Shown piece after piece: positions 9,399 to 19,108 of a DNA stretch of 64,000 nt. Numbering within the stretch: position 1 is the first letter of the stretch; each line of letters starts with the position of its first letter. The notes beneath the pieces are model-generated. The model was given only the letters and a program-made list of their open reading frames with translations, was not told the DNA's origin and made no database searches. The DNA is from Candidatus Latescibacterota bacterium (GTDB lineage: Bacteria; Latescibacterota; UBA2968). The DNA lies in assembly GCA_965116885.1 (NCBI GenBank), contig OZ220741.1:864001-928000 (forward strand), written 5' to 3'. The position numbers and the translations under genes were made by a program.

Positions 9399-10283
9399 AT
9401 GCGCGTGAAAGACGGCGTTTTGAAATACGGCTTTGTGGGTCCGGCACTGATCTTTCTGATCGCGTTCAACATCTTTCCCCTCTTCTACAACATCTACCTC
9501 AGCTTCACCGATGCCGAACTCAGTGGTGGTGTGGCACAGCTCATAGGGGGGCGCAACTACGGCGTCATCTTTGACGACACCCGCTATGGCACAGCCCTTC
9601 GCACAACCGGCCTATTCGTAGTTCTGGCAGTCGCAACTGAACTCCTTCTCGGCTTCGCCCTTGCCCTCGCCCTTCAAAAACCCTTCTGGGGCAAACCCGC
9701 CATCACCACCATACTCCTGGTACCCATGATGCTATCCCCCGCAGTCATGGGCCTGTACTGGAACTTTATTCTCAATGGTCATTACGGCGTCGTCAATCAA
9801 GCACTATCTGTCTTTGGCCTCTACCAACCGCAATGGCTAACCGACCCCGACTTAAAACTCTTCTCCATCCTGATGATCGACATCTGGATGTGGACACCAT
9901 TTATGATGCTCATCGCACTCGCCGGCCTCAACGCCATACCCAATCACCTCTACGAAGCCGCGGCCATTGATCGAGCATCCAGATGGACCGTCTTTCGGCG
10001 CATTACCCTTCCCCTGTGCTCACCCCTCCTCTTTCTCGCAGTCCTGCTGCGCACCACAGATGCCCTCAAACAATTTGACCTCGTCATGGCTGTCACGGGA
10101 CCCAATGACCGCGCGACCCAAACATTGAGTGCCCTCCTCTATCAAGTCATGTTTCGCGGATATAAAATTGGGCTGGGCAGCTCTTATAGCATCGTCATTC
10201 TCCTCATCGTCATCGCGCTCGCAACTATTTTCATCCGATACATCGCTGGCATCCAGGCAAAACAGGGGAGGGAAAGCGCGTGA
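9399..10283 (+). CDS. Carbohydrate ABC transporter permease (MalF-like)
   Basis: Multiple TM segments; DIWMWTPF and EAA loop LYEAAAIDRASRW; start uncertain. Confidence 0.9.
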   Translation: MRVKDGVLKYGFVGPALIFLIAFNIFPLFYNIYLSFTDAELSGGVAQLIGGRNYGVIFDDTRYGTALRTTGLFVVLAVATELLLGFALALALQKPFWGKPAITTILLVPMMLSPAVMGLYWNFILNGHYGVVNQALSVFGLYQPQWLTDPDLKLFSILMIDIWMWTPFMMLIALAGLNAIPNHLYEAAAIDRASRWTVFRRITLPLCSPLLFLAVLLRTTDALKQFDLVMAVTGPNDRATQTLSALLYQVMFRGYKIGLGSSYSIVILLIVIALATIFIRYIAGIQAKQGRESA

Positions 10284-11143
10284 AGAACTTGAGATGGCTC
10301 GTCATCATCCCGTATTTTTGTCTCGCCACACTCCCCCTGTGCTGGCTATTTCTCACCTCCCTGAAAACGCAGGAAGCGGCGATCAGCGCCACAGCCTCTC
10401 TCATACCAACCCCCGCAGAAAACATCGCCCCCGGAGGCCTGAGTTTCTCAGCCACATTGGACGCCTATCGCAAACTGGCAACACCACATACGGGCAAAGC
10501 ACACGCATTTTTTCACTACCTCTTAAACAGCGTCATCATCGGCCTGCTCAGCACCCTGACATCGGTCGTCCTCGGAACGGGCTGCGCGTATGGATTTAGC
10601 CGATTTCGCATCGCAGGTGCGCGGGATTGGCTATTCTTCATCCTCTCGACCCGCTTCCTGCCCCCGCTTGCCGTCGTGGTCCCCGTACTGATGATGTACC
10701 GCGTCTTTGATCTGCCCAATACACACCTGGGCCTCATCCTCCTCTACACGGCATTTAACCTCTCCCTCGCGGTCTGGCTAATGAAGGGATTCATAGACGA
10801 AATCCCCCGAGCGTATGAAGAGGCCGCGCTCGTCGATGGATACAGCCCATTTCAAGCATTTTACAAAATCATCTTACCCCACTCTGCAACCGGCATGGCT
10901 GTTACCGCCGTCTTCTGCCTCATATCCGCCTGGAATGAATACGGCTTCGCGCTCGCGCTCAACAACGCCGAAGCCGTAACCGTACCCGTCTATTTTGCCG
11001 GACTTCAGGGCAATATCCAGGGCATCCCCTGGCCGCAAATTGCCGCAGGCGTCCTCATCTTTGTCGTGCCAATAGTAATCTTCACAGTACTCGTCCGCAA
11101 CCATCTGCTGCGGGGCGTGACATTTGGAACGATTAAACAGTAA
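10280..11143 (+). CDS. Carbohydrate ABC transporter permease (MalG-like)
   Basis: EAA loop YEEAALVDG; AWNEY; GTGA overlap with the upstream gene. Confidence 0.9.
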   Translation: MKNLRWLVIIPYFCLATLPLCWLFLTSLKTQEAAISATASLIPTPAENIAPGGLSFSATLDAYRKLATPHTGKAHAFFHYLLNSVIIGLLSTLTSVVLGTGCAYGFSRFRIAGARDWLFFILSTRFLPPLAVVVPVLMMYRVFDLPNTHLGLILLYTAFNLSLAVWLMKGFIDEIPRAYEEAALVDGYSPFQAFYKIILPHSATGMAVTAVFCLISAWNEYGFALALNNAEAVTVPVYFAGLQGNIQGIPWPQIAAGVLIFVVPIVIFTVLVRNHLLRGVTFGTIKQ

Positions 11144-12204
11144 TGATGCCATTTCTCGAACTTCAAAACCTCCAGAAAACCTACCCCGACGGCACGCGGG
11201 CAGTCAGGGGTATTGACCTGCGTGTTGACAAAGGGGAATTTATCGTCCTCCTGGGTCCCTCGGGATGTGGAAAAACAACCACATTGCGGATGATCGCGGG
11301 ACTGGAGGATCCAACGGGCGGACGGATCACATTCGACAATCAAAACGTCACGCACCTGCCGCCATCTCAACGCGACATAGGATTTGTCTTCCAGTTTTAC
11401 GCCCTCTACCCGCACATGACCGTCCGCAAAAACATCGCATTTCCACTCGAGAACATCGGCACATCCTCCGCAGATACCGAAGCGGCAATAGACCGCGTAG
11501 CGCACGCCCTAAGTATCGAAACATTGCTCGACCAATACCCCAGACAACTTTCAGGTGGCGATCAACAGCGCGTCTCCCTCGCCCGGGCAATGGTACGCAC
11601 ACCGGATATCTATCTCATGGACGAACCCCTGGGCACACTCGACGCAGAACACCGACTGGAACTCAGAGCATTTATACGCCGCCAACAACTGGCCCTCTCC
11701 ATAACCGCCATCTACGTCACACACGACCAGGAAGAAGCCATGAGCCTGGCGGATCGCATTGCCGTCATGGACAACGGCAAAATCAGACAAATCGGATCCC
11801 CATCAGAAATTTACAACCATCCCGCAGACCTCTTTGTCGCAAACTTCGTCGGCAGCCCGGGCATGAATCTATTAACCGGACAAATCGTGCAAAACGGGGA
11901 CAATCTAACTTTCACCCACCCGGATACAGACATTCACATCCCCATCCGCGCGAACATCGCGCCCGCGCAAGTCATCTTTGGCATGCGCCCGGAATTTATC
12001 CGCCCCGCCAACCGCGGCATCCCGGGCAAAGTCATCCTCAGCGAATACCTCGGCAGCCACGGTTACGTACATGTCGATACCCCAATAGGCGAACTAATCA
12101 TGCGCTCAACCGACCGCTTCGCCATCGGAGAAAAAATCCATCTACACCTGAATGAGACACATATCCGTCTGTTCGATCCAGATACGGAAACCGCCCTCGT
12201 ATGA
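11143..12204 (+). CDS. Sugar ABC transporter ATP-binding protein (MalK-like)
   Basis: GPSGCGKT, LSGGDQQR, LMDEP, YVTHDQEEA, TOBE-like tail. Confidence 0.93.
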   Translation: MMPFLELQNLQKTYPDGTRAVRGIDLRVDKGEFIVLLGPSGCGKTTTLRMIAGLEDPTGGRITFDNQNVTHLPPSQRDIGFVFQFYALYPHMTVRKNIAFPLENIGTSSADTEAAIDRVAHALSIETLLDQYPRQLSGGDQQRVSLARAMVRTPDIYLMDEPLGTLDAEHRLELRAFIRRQQLALSITAIYVTHDQEEAMSLADRIAVMDNGKIRQIGSPSEIYNHPADLFVANFVGSPGMNLLTGQIVQNGDNLTFTHPDTDIHIPIRANIAPAQVIFGMRPEFIRPANRGIPGKVILSEYLGSHGYVHVDTPIGELIMRSTDRFAIGEKIHLHLNETHIRLFDPDTETALV

Positions 12205-13253
12205 ACAACTCATTCCTCAAAATCGACAACCTGTCCAAAAACTACGGCGAAACCCGGGCACTCTCGGAAATCTCACTCTCTCTTCACGCCGAAGAACTCC
12301 TCGTCATCCTGGGCCCAACAGGTGCGGGCAAAACGACGCTACTGCGCATCATCTCGGGCCTCGAAGCAGCGGATACCGGGCGTATAACCGTCGATGGCAC
12401 AGACATAACCCATCAGCTACCCGCAGAACGCGATATCGCCCTCGTCTTTCAGAACTTCTCACTCTACCCCAACAAAACCGTGCGCCAAAATCTCGCATTT
12501 CCACTCCAGGCACCCGGACGCAACCTCTCCAAAGTAGAAATAGCAAACAGAATTTCCCACACCGCCGACCTGCTTCGCATCACCCCGCTTCTATCCCGAC
12601 CCGCCACGCACCTGTCCGGCGGCGAAATGCAACGCGTCGCAATCGGACGCGCCATCGTGCGCCAACCCCGACTCTTTCTCCTGGACGAACCCCTCACCAA
12701 CCTGGATGCAAAATTGCGCGAAGTATTGCGCGTCGAACTCATCCGCCTCCAGCGCGACCTGGGCACACCCATGATTTACGTCACCCACGACCGGGTTGAA
12801 GCCCTCTCAATGGGCGACCGGATCGCCGTATTGTCCGAAGGTAAAATCCTGCAAATCGGTTCCCCCGAAGAAATCTACCAACAGCCCAATTCTCCGACCG
12901 TCGCCCGTCAACTCGGCTACCCCCCCATCAATACCATAGACGTCCACAAACAGCAAAACCAATGGTTCACCGCCACGAACCAGGCCATCCTTGCCGCGGA
13001 TCACAACGCCCCCTCAAACGCCACCCTCGGCATCCGCGCGGAAGATATATCTCCACAGGGAGGCGAAATTCCCGCGACCATCGAAGTCATCGAAGACCTC
13101 GGTGCATCGACCATCTTGCTCGCCGACTGGGCGGGGCAACCCATCCAGATCTCGGTCTCCGGTGAACAACAGTGGCATGTCGGAGATGAGATATACCCGT
13201 CTATTGATCCGGACCGCATTTTGGTGTGGGAAACCATCGATGAACAGGGATAA
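12201..13253 (+). CDS. Second sugar ABC transporter ATP-binding protein
   Basis: GPTGAGKT, LSGGEMQR, LLDEP, YVTHD. Confidence 0.93.
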   Translation: MNNSFLKIDNLSKNYGETRALSEISLSLHAEELLVILGPTGAGKTTLLRIISGLEAADTGRITVDGTDITHQLPAERDIALVFQNFSLYPNKTVRQNLAFPLQAPGRNLSKVEIANRISHTADLLRITPLLSRPATHLSGGEMQRVAIGRAIVRQPRLFLLDEPLTNLDAKLREVLRVELIRLQRDLGTPMIYVTHDRVEALSMGDRIAVLSEGKILQIGSPEEIYQQPNSPTVARQLGYPPINTIDVHKQQNQWFTATNQAILAADHNAPSNATLGIRAEDISPQGGEIPATIEVIEDLGASTILLADWAGQPIQISVSGEQQWHVGDEIYPSIDPDRILVWETIDEQG

Positions 13254-13259
13254 AAACCC

Positions 13260-13285
13260 GTAGGACACAGGGACGCCACCCCTAC
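13260..13285 (-). repeat. GTAG-REP-like hairpin
   Basis: Reverse complement reads GTAGGGGTGGCGTCCCTGTGTCCTAC. Confidence 0.6.
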
Positions 13286-13290
13286 AAAAC

Positions 13291-13329
13291 AAAAAAGCCG
13301 ACGCACAAACGTCGGCTTTTTATTTTTTT
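13291..13329. terminator. Bidirectional intrinsic terminator
   Basis: AAAAAAGCCGACG-loop-CGTCGGCTTTTT between convergent genes. Confidence 0.85.
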
Positions 13330-13340
13330 CAGTCCACTAC

Positions 13341-15506
13341 TCAAGACGAACTTTCCGGAGGGGCTTCGAGGCGATAAACCGAGGTAATATTGGGAATCTT
13401 GCGGAGGTTTTGCAGGAGTTCTTCGAGATGGTCGGCATCTTTGATCTCTACCTGGAATTGGTCGTTAATCTCCTCGCGCCTCGTCTCGATACTGGCACCC
13501 ACAATGGGAACACCGAGATTGGACATAACCCGTGTCATATCGGACAACAAATTGGTGCGATCCTGACCCATAACCTGAATGGTAGCAGTAAAAGTCTCTG
13601 TCTGATCGGTTTCCCAATCGAGCGCGACCACGCGACCGGGGTCAGAAGACAAATTGGGCAAATTGGAACACCCCCGGCGATGGACAGATATACCGCGTCC
13701 GCGCGTGACAATACCAATAACCGGATCGCCCGCAATGGGATTGCAGCACCGGGCATACTGGATCATCAAATCGTTCAACCCGTGAATGCGCAACGCATCC
13801 GTATTTTTTTTTCGGCTCTCCTCTTGAACATCCCCAAGAGGCTTGCGCGCCGTGGGAAAGAGCTGATTGATAAACTTGCCAATTGAAATATCGCCATTGC
13901 CTATCGCGGCAAAAAGATGATCTGTATCTTCTTGTTCAAATGCGTCGGCTACGCTTTTCAGTTCCTCATTACTCGCGCGTTTGCGCCGCTGTCGCAACTC
14001 GCGCTCCACCATATCGCGCCCCAATCGAACGCTCTGATTAAAAGCCTCCTCGCGCAGAACCCTTCGAATACAACTTCGCGCTTTGGCACTCTTGACAAAA
14101 TCGAGCCAATCGCGATGCGGATGCTGGTGCGGCGACGTGATAATCTCAACCGTCTGCCCTGTTTCAAGCGGCGTAGAAAGTGGCGCCATCCGGTCGTCAA
14201 TGCGGGCACCCACGCAGCGATTGCCAATTTCGGTATGCACTGCAAAGGCAAAATCGACGGGTGTGGCCTCATCGGGAAGCTGAATCAGATCGCCCTGAGG
14301 CGTAAAAACATAAATCTCGTTTGAAAAGAGATCGACCTTGAGTTCTTCGATAATTTCTTGAGGATCTGATGTCTCCCCCTGCCATTCGAGCATATTGCGA
14401 AGCCCATCTATTTGTTGATCGAGTTCCGACCTTTCTGGAGAACCCTCTTTGTAAAGCCAGTGTGCTGCAATACCCACTTCTGCTGTTTGGTGCATCTCAT
14501 GGGTGCGTATCTGCACCTCGATCATCAACCCGCGCGGGCCTATCACCGTCGTGTGCAAAGACTGATACATATTGCTCTTGGGCGTCGCAATAAAATCCTT
14601 AAACCGGGGCATAACCGGTGTATAGAGCGAGTGAATCATACCCAGAACGTGATAACATTCCTGGACCGTATCGACCAGTATGCGGATGGCTAACAAATCG
14701 TAGATATCTTCAAAAGCTTTGCTCCGCGTCTGCATCTTCCGGTTAATACTGAAGAAATTTTTGGGCCGTCCCGTGATCTCCCCTCGAATATTTGCTTCCT
14801 TGAGCATTTTTTGCAGTGGCACGCGCATCTCTTCGATATAGGCCTCGCGTTCTCGTCTCTTAAGACGGATCTTTTTGCTAATCGCGCGATAGGCTTCCGG
14901 CTCGAGCCATTTGAGAGCCAGGTCTTCAAGCTCCCATCGAATACGCGCAATCCCCAAACGGTGTGCCAGAGGCGCGTAAATATCGAGACTCTCACGCGCC
15001 ATGCGCTCGCGCGTTTCAGGAGGCAGGGGATCCAGCGTACGCATATTGTGCAGACGTTCGCAAAACTTAACAAGAACGACGCGCAAGTCATTGATCAAAG
15101 ACAGAAACATCTTGCGAAAATTCTCGGCTTGCTCGGCCTCTTGTGATTGGAAGGACAGATCTTTAATCCTGGTCACACCGTCAACCAGATCGGCAATATG
15201 AGAACCAAAATGACGCGCGATTTGTGCGTGGGTTGCTGTGCCGTGCGCTATGGTATCGTGCAAAATACCGGCCACCAGAGTTACAGTATCCTGCTTGAGA
15301 TCTATCAGGATGCGCCCAACCTCAAGCGCGTGTACAATATACGGCTGGCCCGACTTGCGAAAATGATCCTGATGTGCCTTCCTCGCAAAATGAAAGGCAC
15401 GGGTCAAGAGTTTTACATTGTAATCGGAACGGCTTTGAAGAGCATCTTGGAGAAATGCGTCAAAGATGGGATCATCTACGAGGGATTTTGGGGAGAGATT
15501 GGTCAT
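13341..15506 (-). CDS. rel: Long RelA/SpoT homolog (p)ppGpp synthetase; hydrolase domain appears degenerate
   Basis: HD-SYNTH-TGS-ZFD-ACT architecture; RFKD, YQSLHT, EVQIRT, TPVDFAFAVHT, ARCCNP. Confidence 0.95.
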   Translation of the reverse strand: MTNLSPKSLVDDPIFDAFLQDALQSRSDYNVKLLTRAFHFARKAHQDHFRKSGQPYIVHALEVGRILIDLKQDTVTLVAGILHDTIAHGTATHAQIARHFGSHIADLVDGVTRIKDLSFQSQEAEQAENFRKMFLSLINDLRVVLVKFCERLHNMRTLDPLPPETRERMARESLDIYAPLAHRLGIARIRWELEDLALKWLEPEAYRAISKKIRLKRREREAYIEEMRVPLQKMLKEANIRGEITGRPKNFFSINRKMQTRSKAFEDIYDLLAIRILVDTVQECYHVLGMIHSLYTPVMPRFKDFIATPKSNMYQSLHTTVIGPRGLMIEVQIRTHEMHQTAEVGIAAHWLYKEGSPERSELDQQIDGLRNMLEWQGETSDPQEIIEELKVDLFSNEIYVFTPQGDLIQLPDEATPVDFAFAVHTEIGNRCVGARIDDRMAPLSTPLETGQTVEIITSPHQHPHRDWLDFVKSAKARSCIRRVLREEAFNQSVRLGRDMVERELRQRRKRASNEELKSVADAFEQEDTDHLFAAIGNGDISIGKFINQLFPTARKPLGDVQEESRKKNTDALRIHGLNDLMIQYARCCNPIAGDPVIGIVTRGRGISVHRRGCSNLPNLSSDPGRVVALDWETDQTETFTATIQVMGQDRTNLLSDMTRVMSNLGVPIVGASIETRREEINDQFQVEIKDADHLEELLQNLRKIPNITSVYRLEAPPESSS

Positions 15507-15510
15507 AGTA

Positions 15511-18054
15511 TCACGCCCAGGTAATTAACCCTGTATCACATATCGAATTGAGGTCCTGATGGTGCGGGCGAACGCGAACTGTATAGCCCCATCGGCCGCT
15601 TTTTTGCAAAGGCAGGTGCCCCACAAAAGTATGGGAATCCACAAGTACCATAGGCAGCGACTCACCCTGGACAATCTGCCCCTCTGCGCCGACCTGCCCG
15701 TGAAAAATTTCGACAGCCACATCCTCTACACTCAAGTCGCCCAACGCGACATCCGCGCGAATTTCGACCTTGTCGCCCACATGTGATGTCTGCGCCTGGC
15801 TCGACGCTACAGAACGGACCGCGACATCCTTCCACCCCTGGCGAACTCTATCTTTCCATTCGGCCAGAGCACTGGCTCTCGCGCCATTGTTATCCGAGAG
15901 GTCTTTTGATCGCGCATGCGCCTTCAAATAGAACCGCTCGGTATATTCCTGCACCATGCGGTGGGTATTGAACTTTGGACACAACACGCGCATAGCATTC
16001 TTCATCCGGGCGATCCATCCTCTGGGCAATCCATCCACACCGCGATTATAAAAAAGCGGCACCGCTTCTTTCTCGAGAATATTGTAAATCGCCCGCGCTT
16101 CAATCTGGTTTTGATACGCCGGATCGTCGTATTCTTTACCGTGACCGATCTCCCAGCCCAATTCCGGTTGATACGCTTCGTCCCACCAGCCATCGAGCAC
16201 GCTGAGATTTAACGCGCCATTGGCAACGGCTTTCATGCCACTGGTACCGCTGGCTTCCTGCGGTCTCATCGGCGTATTCAGCCAGATATCGACCCCTTGC
16301 ACGAGATAACGCGCCACACACATATCGTAATTCTCGATAAAAACCAGACGCCGATGGAGATACTCGCGCTGCGTAAGACTGAAAATTTCCTGAATAAATT
16401 CTTTTCCCGCATGGTCCTGCGGATGCGCCTTGCCCGCAAAAATAACCTGAACGGGACGTTCTTCATTGCACAAAATACGCGTGAGCCTCTCGAGATCGTG
16501 AAACAAAAGCGTTGCGCGTTTATAAGTCGCAAAACGCCTGGCAAATCCAATTGTAAGCGCATCGGAAGTCAGAACCTCGTCGGCGCGCGCCATATCGATT
16601 GACGACGCTATTTCTCGCTGCAACTGCTTTCTAAGACGCTGCCGCGCAAATGCAACGAGGCGTTCTCTTCTGCGCTCGTGGACGCGCCAGAGTTCCTCGG
16701 GCGGAATGTGGTCTATCGTCTCCCACACACTCTGATCGTGTGGTTCCTCCAGGCGTCGAGACCCCATGTAATTATCCTCAAGGGCGCGCATTTGTTGCGA
16801 GATATGGGAAGCAATATGAACGCCGTTGGTAATGGATTCGACGGGTATTTCATTTTTTGGCAGCCCGGGCCACAGCGACTGCCACATATTGCGCGAGACC
16901 TCGCCGTGGAGTTTGCTAACGCCATTGCGATAGGACGACAGCCTGAACGCGAGCACTGTCATATTAAAACCCTCGCTGACATTATGGGGATTCTCGCGCC
17001 CCAAAGCGAGGAATGCAGACATGGAAAGACCGAGATCCTGCGCGTAGGATCTGAAGTATTTTTCTATCAGAGAAACGGGAAAAACATCGTGCCCGGCCGG
17101 AACGGGGGTATGGGTCGTAAAAACGTGGCCTGACGACGTGTACTCTGCCGCCTGATCAAATGTGGCACCACTGTTGTGCATCGCCTGCAGTATGCGCTCC
17201 AGCCCCAGAAAAGCCGAATGCCCTTCATTCATGTGGCATACCGTGGGCTGTATGCCCAATGCGTTGAGCGCGCGCACACCGCCAATACCCAGCAGAATTT
17301 CCTGCCGGATGCGCGTCTCACTATCGCCACCGTAGAGCTGTGCTGTAATCTCGCGGATAGATGGCGGATTTTCCATCAAATTGGTATCGAGCAAGTACAG
17401 GGGAATGCGTCCAACCTGCACTTTCCATATCCGCACCCGCGCTTCTGCTTCGGGATATGAGAGCGTAATAGTGATATCCCGACCGCGCTCATCGCGAACA
17501 ATCTGGACGGGTAGTGCGTAATAGTCATTTTCGATATATTCTTCTTGTTGCCAACCGTCATTAGTGAGATACTGATTGAAATATCCGTGTTGATACAGCA
17601 GACCCACAGCAGAAAAGGGCAACCCCAGAGTACTCGCAGATTTGAGATGATCCCCAGCCAACACCCCCAGACCACCCGAATAAATCGGCAGACTTTCGGT
17701 GAGACCAAACTCCGCAGAAAAATAGGCGATTTGAATATCGGACGCTGTTTTGCCGTGGGCGGAGTGAAAATAGGTCTCGCCATCCATAAACGCGCGGAAA
17801 GACTCTGACACGCGCTTAAAATGCGCCATGAATCCCGGATTTTCAGAGAGTTGATTCAGGCGTTCCTGGCTGATATCATTGAGCATACGCACCGGATTGT
17901 GATAAACGGTTTCCCAGAGAATGGGATCAATGCGTCGAAACAGATCCATCGTATCCGGATCCCACGCCCAGCGCAGATTATACGCCAGTGCTTCCAGGCC
18001 CTGAAGGGATTTGGGCAATGAGGGTTTGACCACAAATGTAGAAATTGGTTTCAC
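15511..18054 (-). CDS. glgP: Alpha-glucan (glycogen/starch) phosphorylase
   Basis: YSGGLGVLAGDHLK, NEGH, ARRFATYKRA, PLP site EASGTSGMKA. Confidence 0.95.
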   Translation of the reverse strand: MKPISTFVVKPSLPKSLQGLEALAYNLRWAWDPDTMDLFRRIDPILWETVYHNPVRMLNDISQERLNQLSENPGFMAHFKRVSESFRAFMDGETYFHSAHGKTASDIQIAYFSAEFGLTESLPIYSGGLGVLAGDHLKSASTLGLPFSAVGLLYQHGYFNQYLTNDGWQQEEYIENDYYALPVQIVRDERGRDITITLSYPEAEARVRIWKVQVGRIPLYLLDTNLMENPPSIREITAQLYGGDSETRIRQEILLGIGGVRALNALGIQPTVCHMNEGHSAFLGLERILQAMHNSGATFDQAAEYTSSGHVFTTHTPVPAGHDVFPVSLIEKYFRSYAQDLGLSMSAFLALGRENPHNVSEGFNMTVLAFRLSSYRNGVSKLHGEVSRNMWQSLWPGLPKNEIPVESITNGVHIASHISQQMRALEDNYMGSRRLEEPHDQSVWETIDHIPPEELWRVHERRRERLVAFARQRLRKQLQREIASSIDMARADEVLTSDALTIGFARRFATYKRATLLFHDLERLTRILCNEERPVQVIFAGKAHPQDHAGKEFIQEIFSLTQREYLHRRLVFIENYDMCVARYLVQGVDIWLNTPMRPQEASGTSGMKAVANGALNLSVLDGWWDEAYQPELGWEIGHGKEYDDPAYQNQIEARAIYNILEKEAVPLFYNRGVDGLPRGWIARMKNAMRVLCPKFNTHRMVQEYTERFYLKAHARSKDLSDNNGARASALAEWKDRVRQGWKDVAVRSVASSQAQTSHVGDKVEIRADVALGDLSVEDVAVEIFHGQVGAEGQIVQGESLPMVLVDSHTFVGHLPLQKSGRWGYTVRVRPHHQDLNSICDTGLITWA

Positions 18055-18072
18055 AGAGTTTTCTCCTGAACG

Positions 18073-19095
18073 TCACACATCTGCAACAGCGACGACTGCA
18101 TCTGTTTCCCACGATTTTATCGCCGCTTCAATAACCATCTGTGCTTTGAGTGCTTCTTCACCCGAACCTTCGATATCTTCGGGAGATGCGTCTTCAAGAT
18201 TTTGCTCTATCCACCGCCCAATGCGGCTTTGAAATGTTTCGTTGAACCCCATCATACCGCCGATATAGTCATAGCGTTCGAGTTCCATTGAACGGCGGGG
18301 GTGAAAATGCAGGCGTTCACAGGCTTCTTCCAGCACAAAGCGAGCGTCTGATCCGGCAACTTCGAGACGTTCGAGACCATAAGACCCTCCCGGTCCCGTG
18401 GCATCGTAACTTCCGGTGAGATTACCCACCGTACCGTCTGAAAAGCGCATGTTGAGTTGCATATTTGACCAGCACACGCGGCGATTGCCATCTCGATCCA
18501 GGCCGCGCTTAAAAAAGGCACTCACCTTTTCAATATCGCCGCAAAAGTAGCGCATAACATCGATAGAGTGCGGGTGCAAGGCGCGAATGTGGAACCACGG
18601 CGACGTTTCTCGGGGATTATTGATCCACATAGTCATATTGATAATATTGATCTCGCCCAGCCTACCCTGATCAACCCAATCTTTGGCACGCGCAGCAGCA
18701 GGCGTAAAACGGTGATTGAGGTCAATACCATAGCGCAGATTTTTATCTTTTGCTCTGGCAACCATCTCTTTTGCCTCGTCAATATTATTCGAAATCGGTT
18801 TTTCTCCGAGTACATGAACACCCGCTTCGAGGAGTTCCATCGTAGGTTTATAGTGATCGCCACCATTTTCATGACCGGCAGTCGCAACACTTGCCACCGC
18901 GATATCCAGCCCCCCGTCGAGCATATCTTGCACAGAGTAAAATGCCCTAACACCGTATTGCGACGCCGCGGCGTCTGCGCGTTTTCGGTCTATATCGCAA
19001 ACAGCAGCGAGATTGCACTGATCGTGACCATTATAAATAGTGGCGTGTCGGTTGCCAATACCCCCCAAACCGACCACGGCGACATTTAATCCCAT
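18073..19095 (-). CDS. Gfo/Idh/MocA family oxidoreductase
   Basis: VGLGGIG, VLGEKP, HSID. Confidence 0.9.
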   Translation of the reverse strand: MGLNVAVVGLGGIGNRHATIYNGHDQCNLAAVCDIDRKRADAAASQYGVRAFYSVQDMLDGGLDIAVASVATAGHENGGDHYKPTMELLEAGVHVLGEKPISNNIDEAKEMVARAKDKNLRYGIDLNHRFTPAAARAKDWVDQGRLGEINIINMTMWINNPRETSPWFHIRALHPHSIDVMRYFCGDIEKVSAFFKRGLDRDGNRRVCWSNMQLNMRFSDGTVGNLTGSYDATGPGGSYGLERLEVAGSDARFVLEEACERLHFHPRRSMELERYDYIGGMMGFNETFQSRIGRWIEQNLEDASPEDIEGSGEEALKAQMVIEAAIKSWETDAVVAVADV

Positions 19096-19108
19096 TGAAA
19101 ACTCCTTT

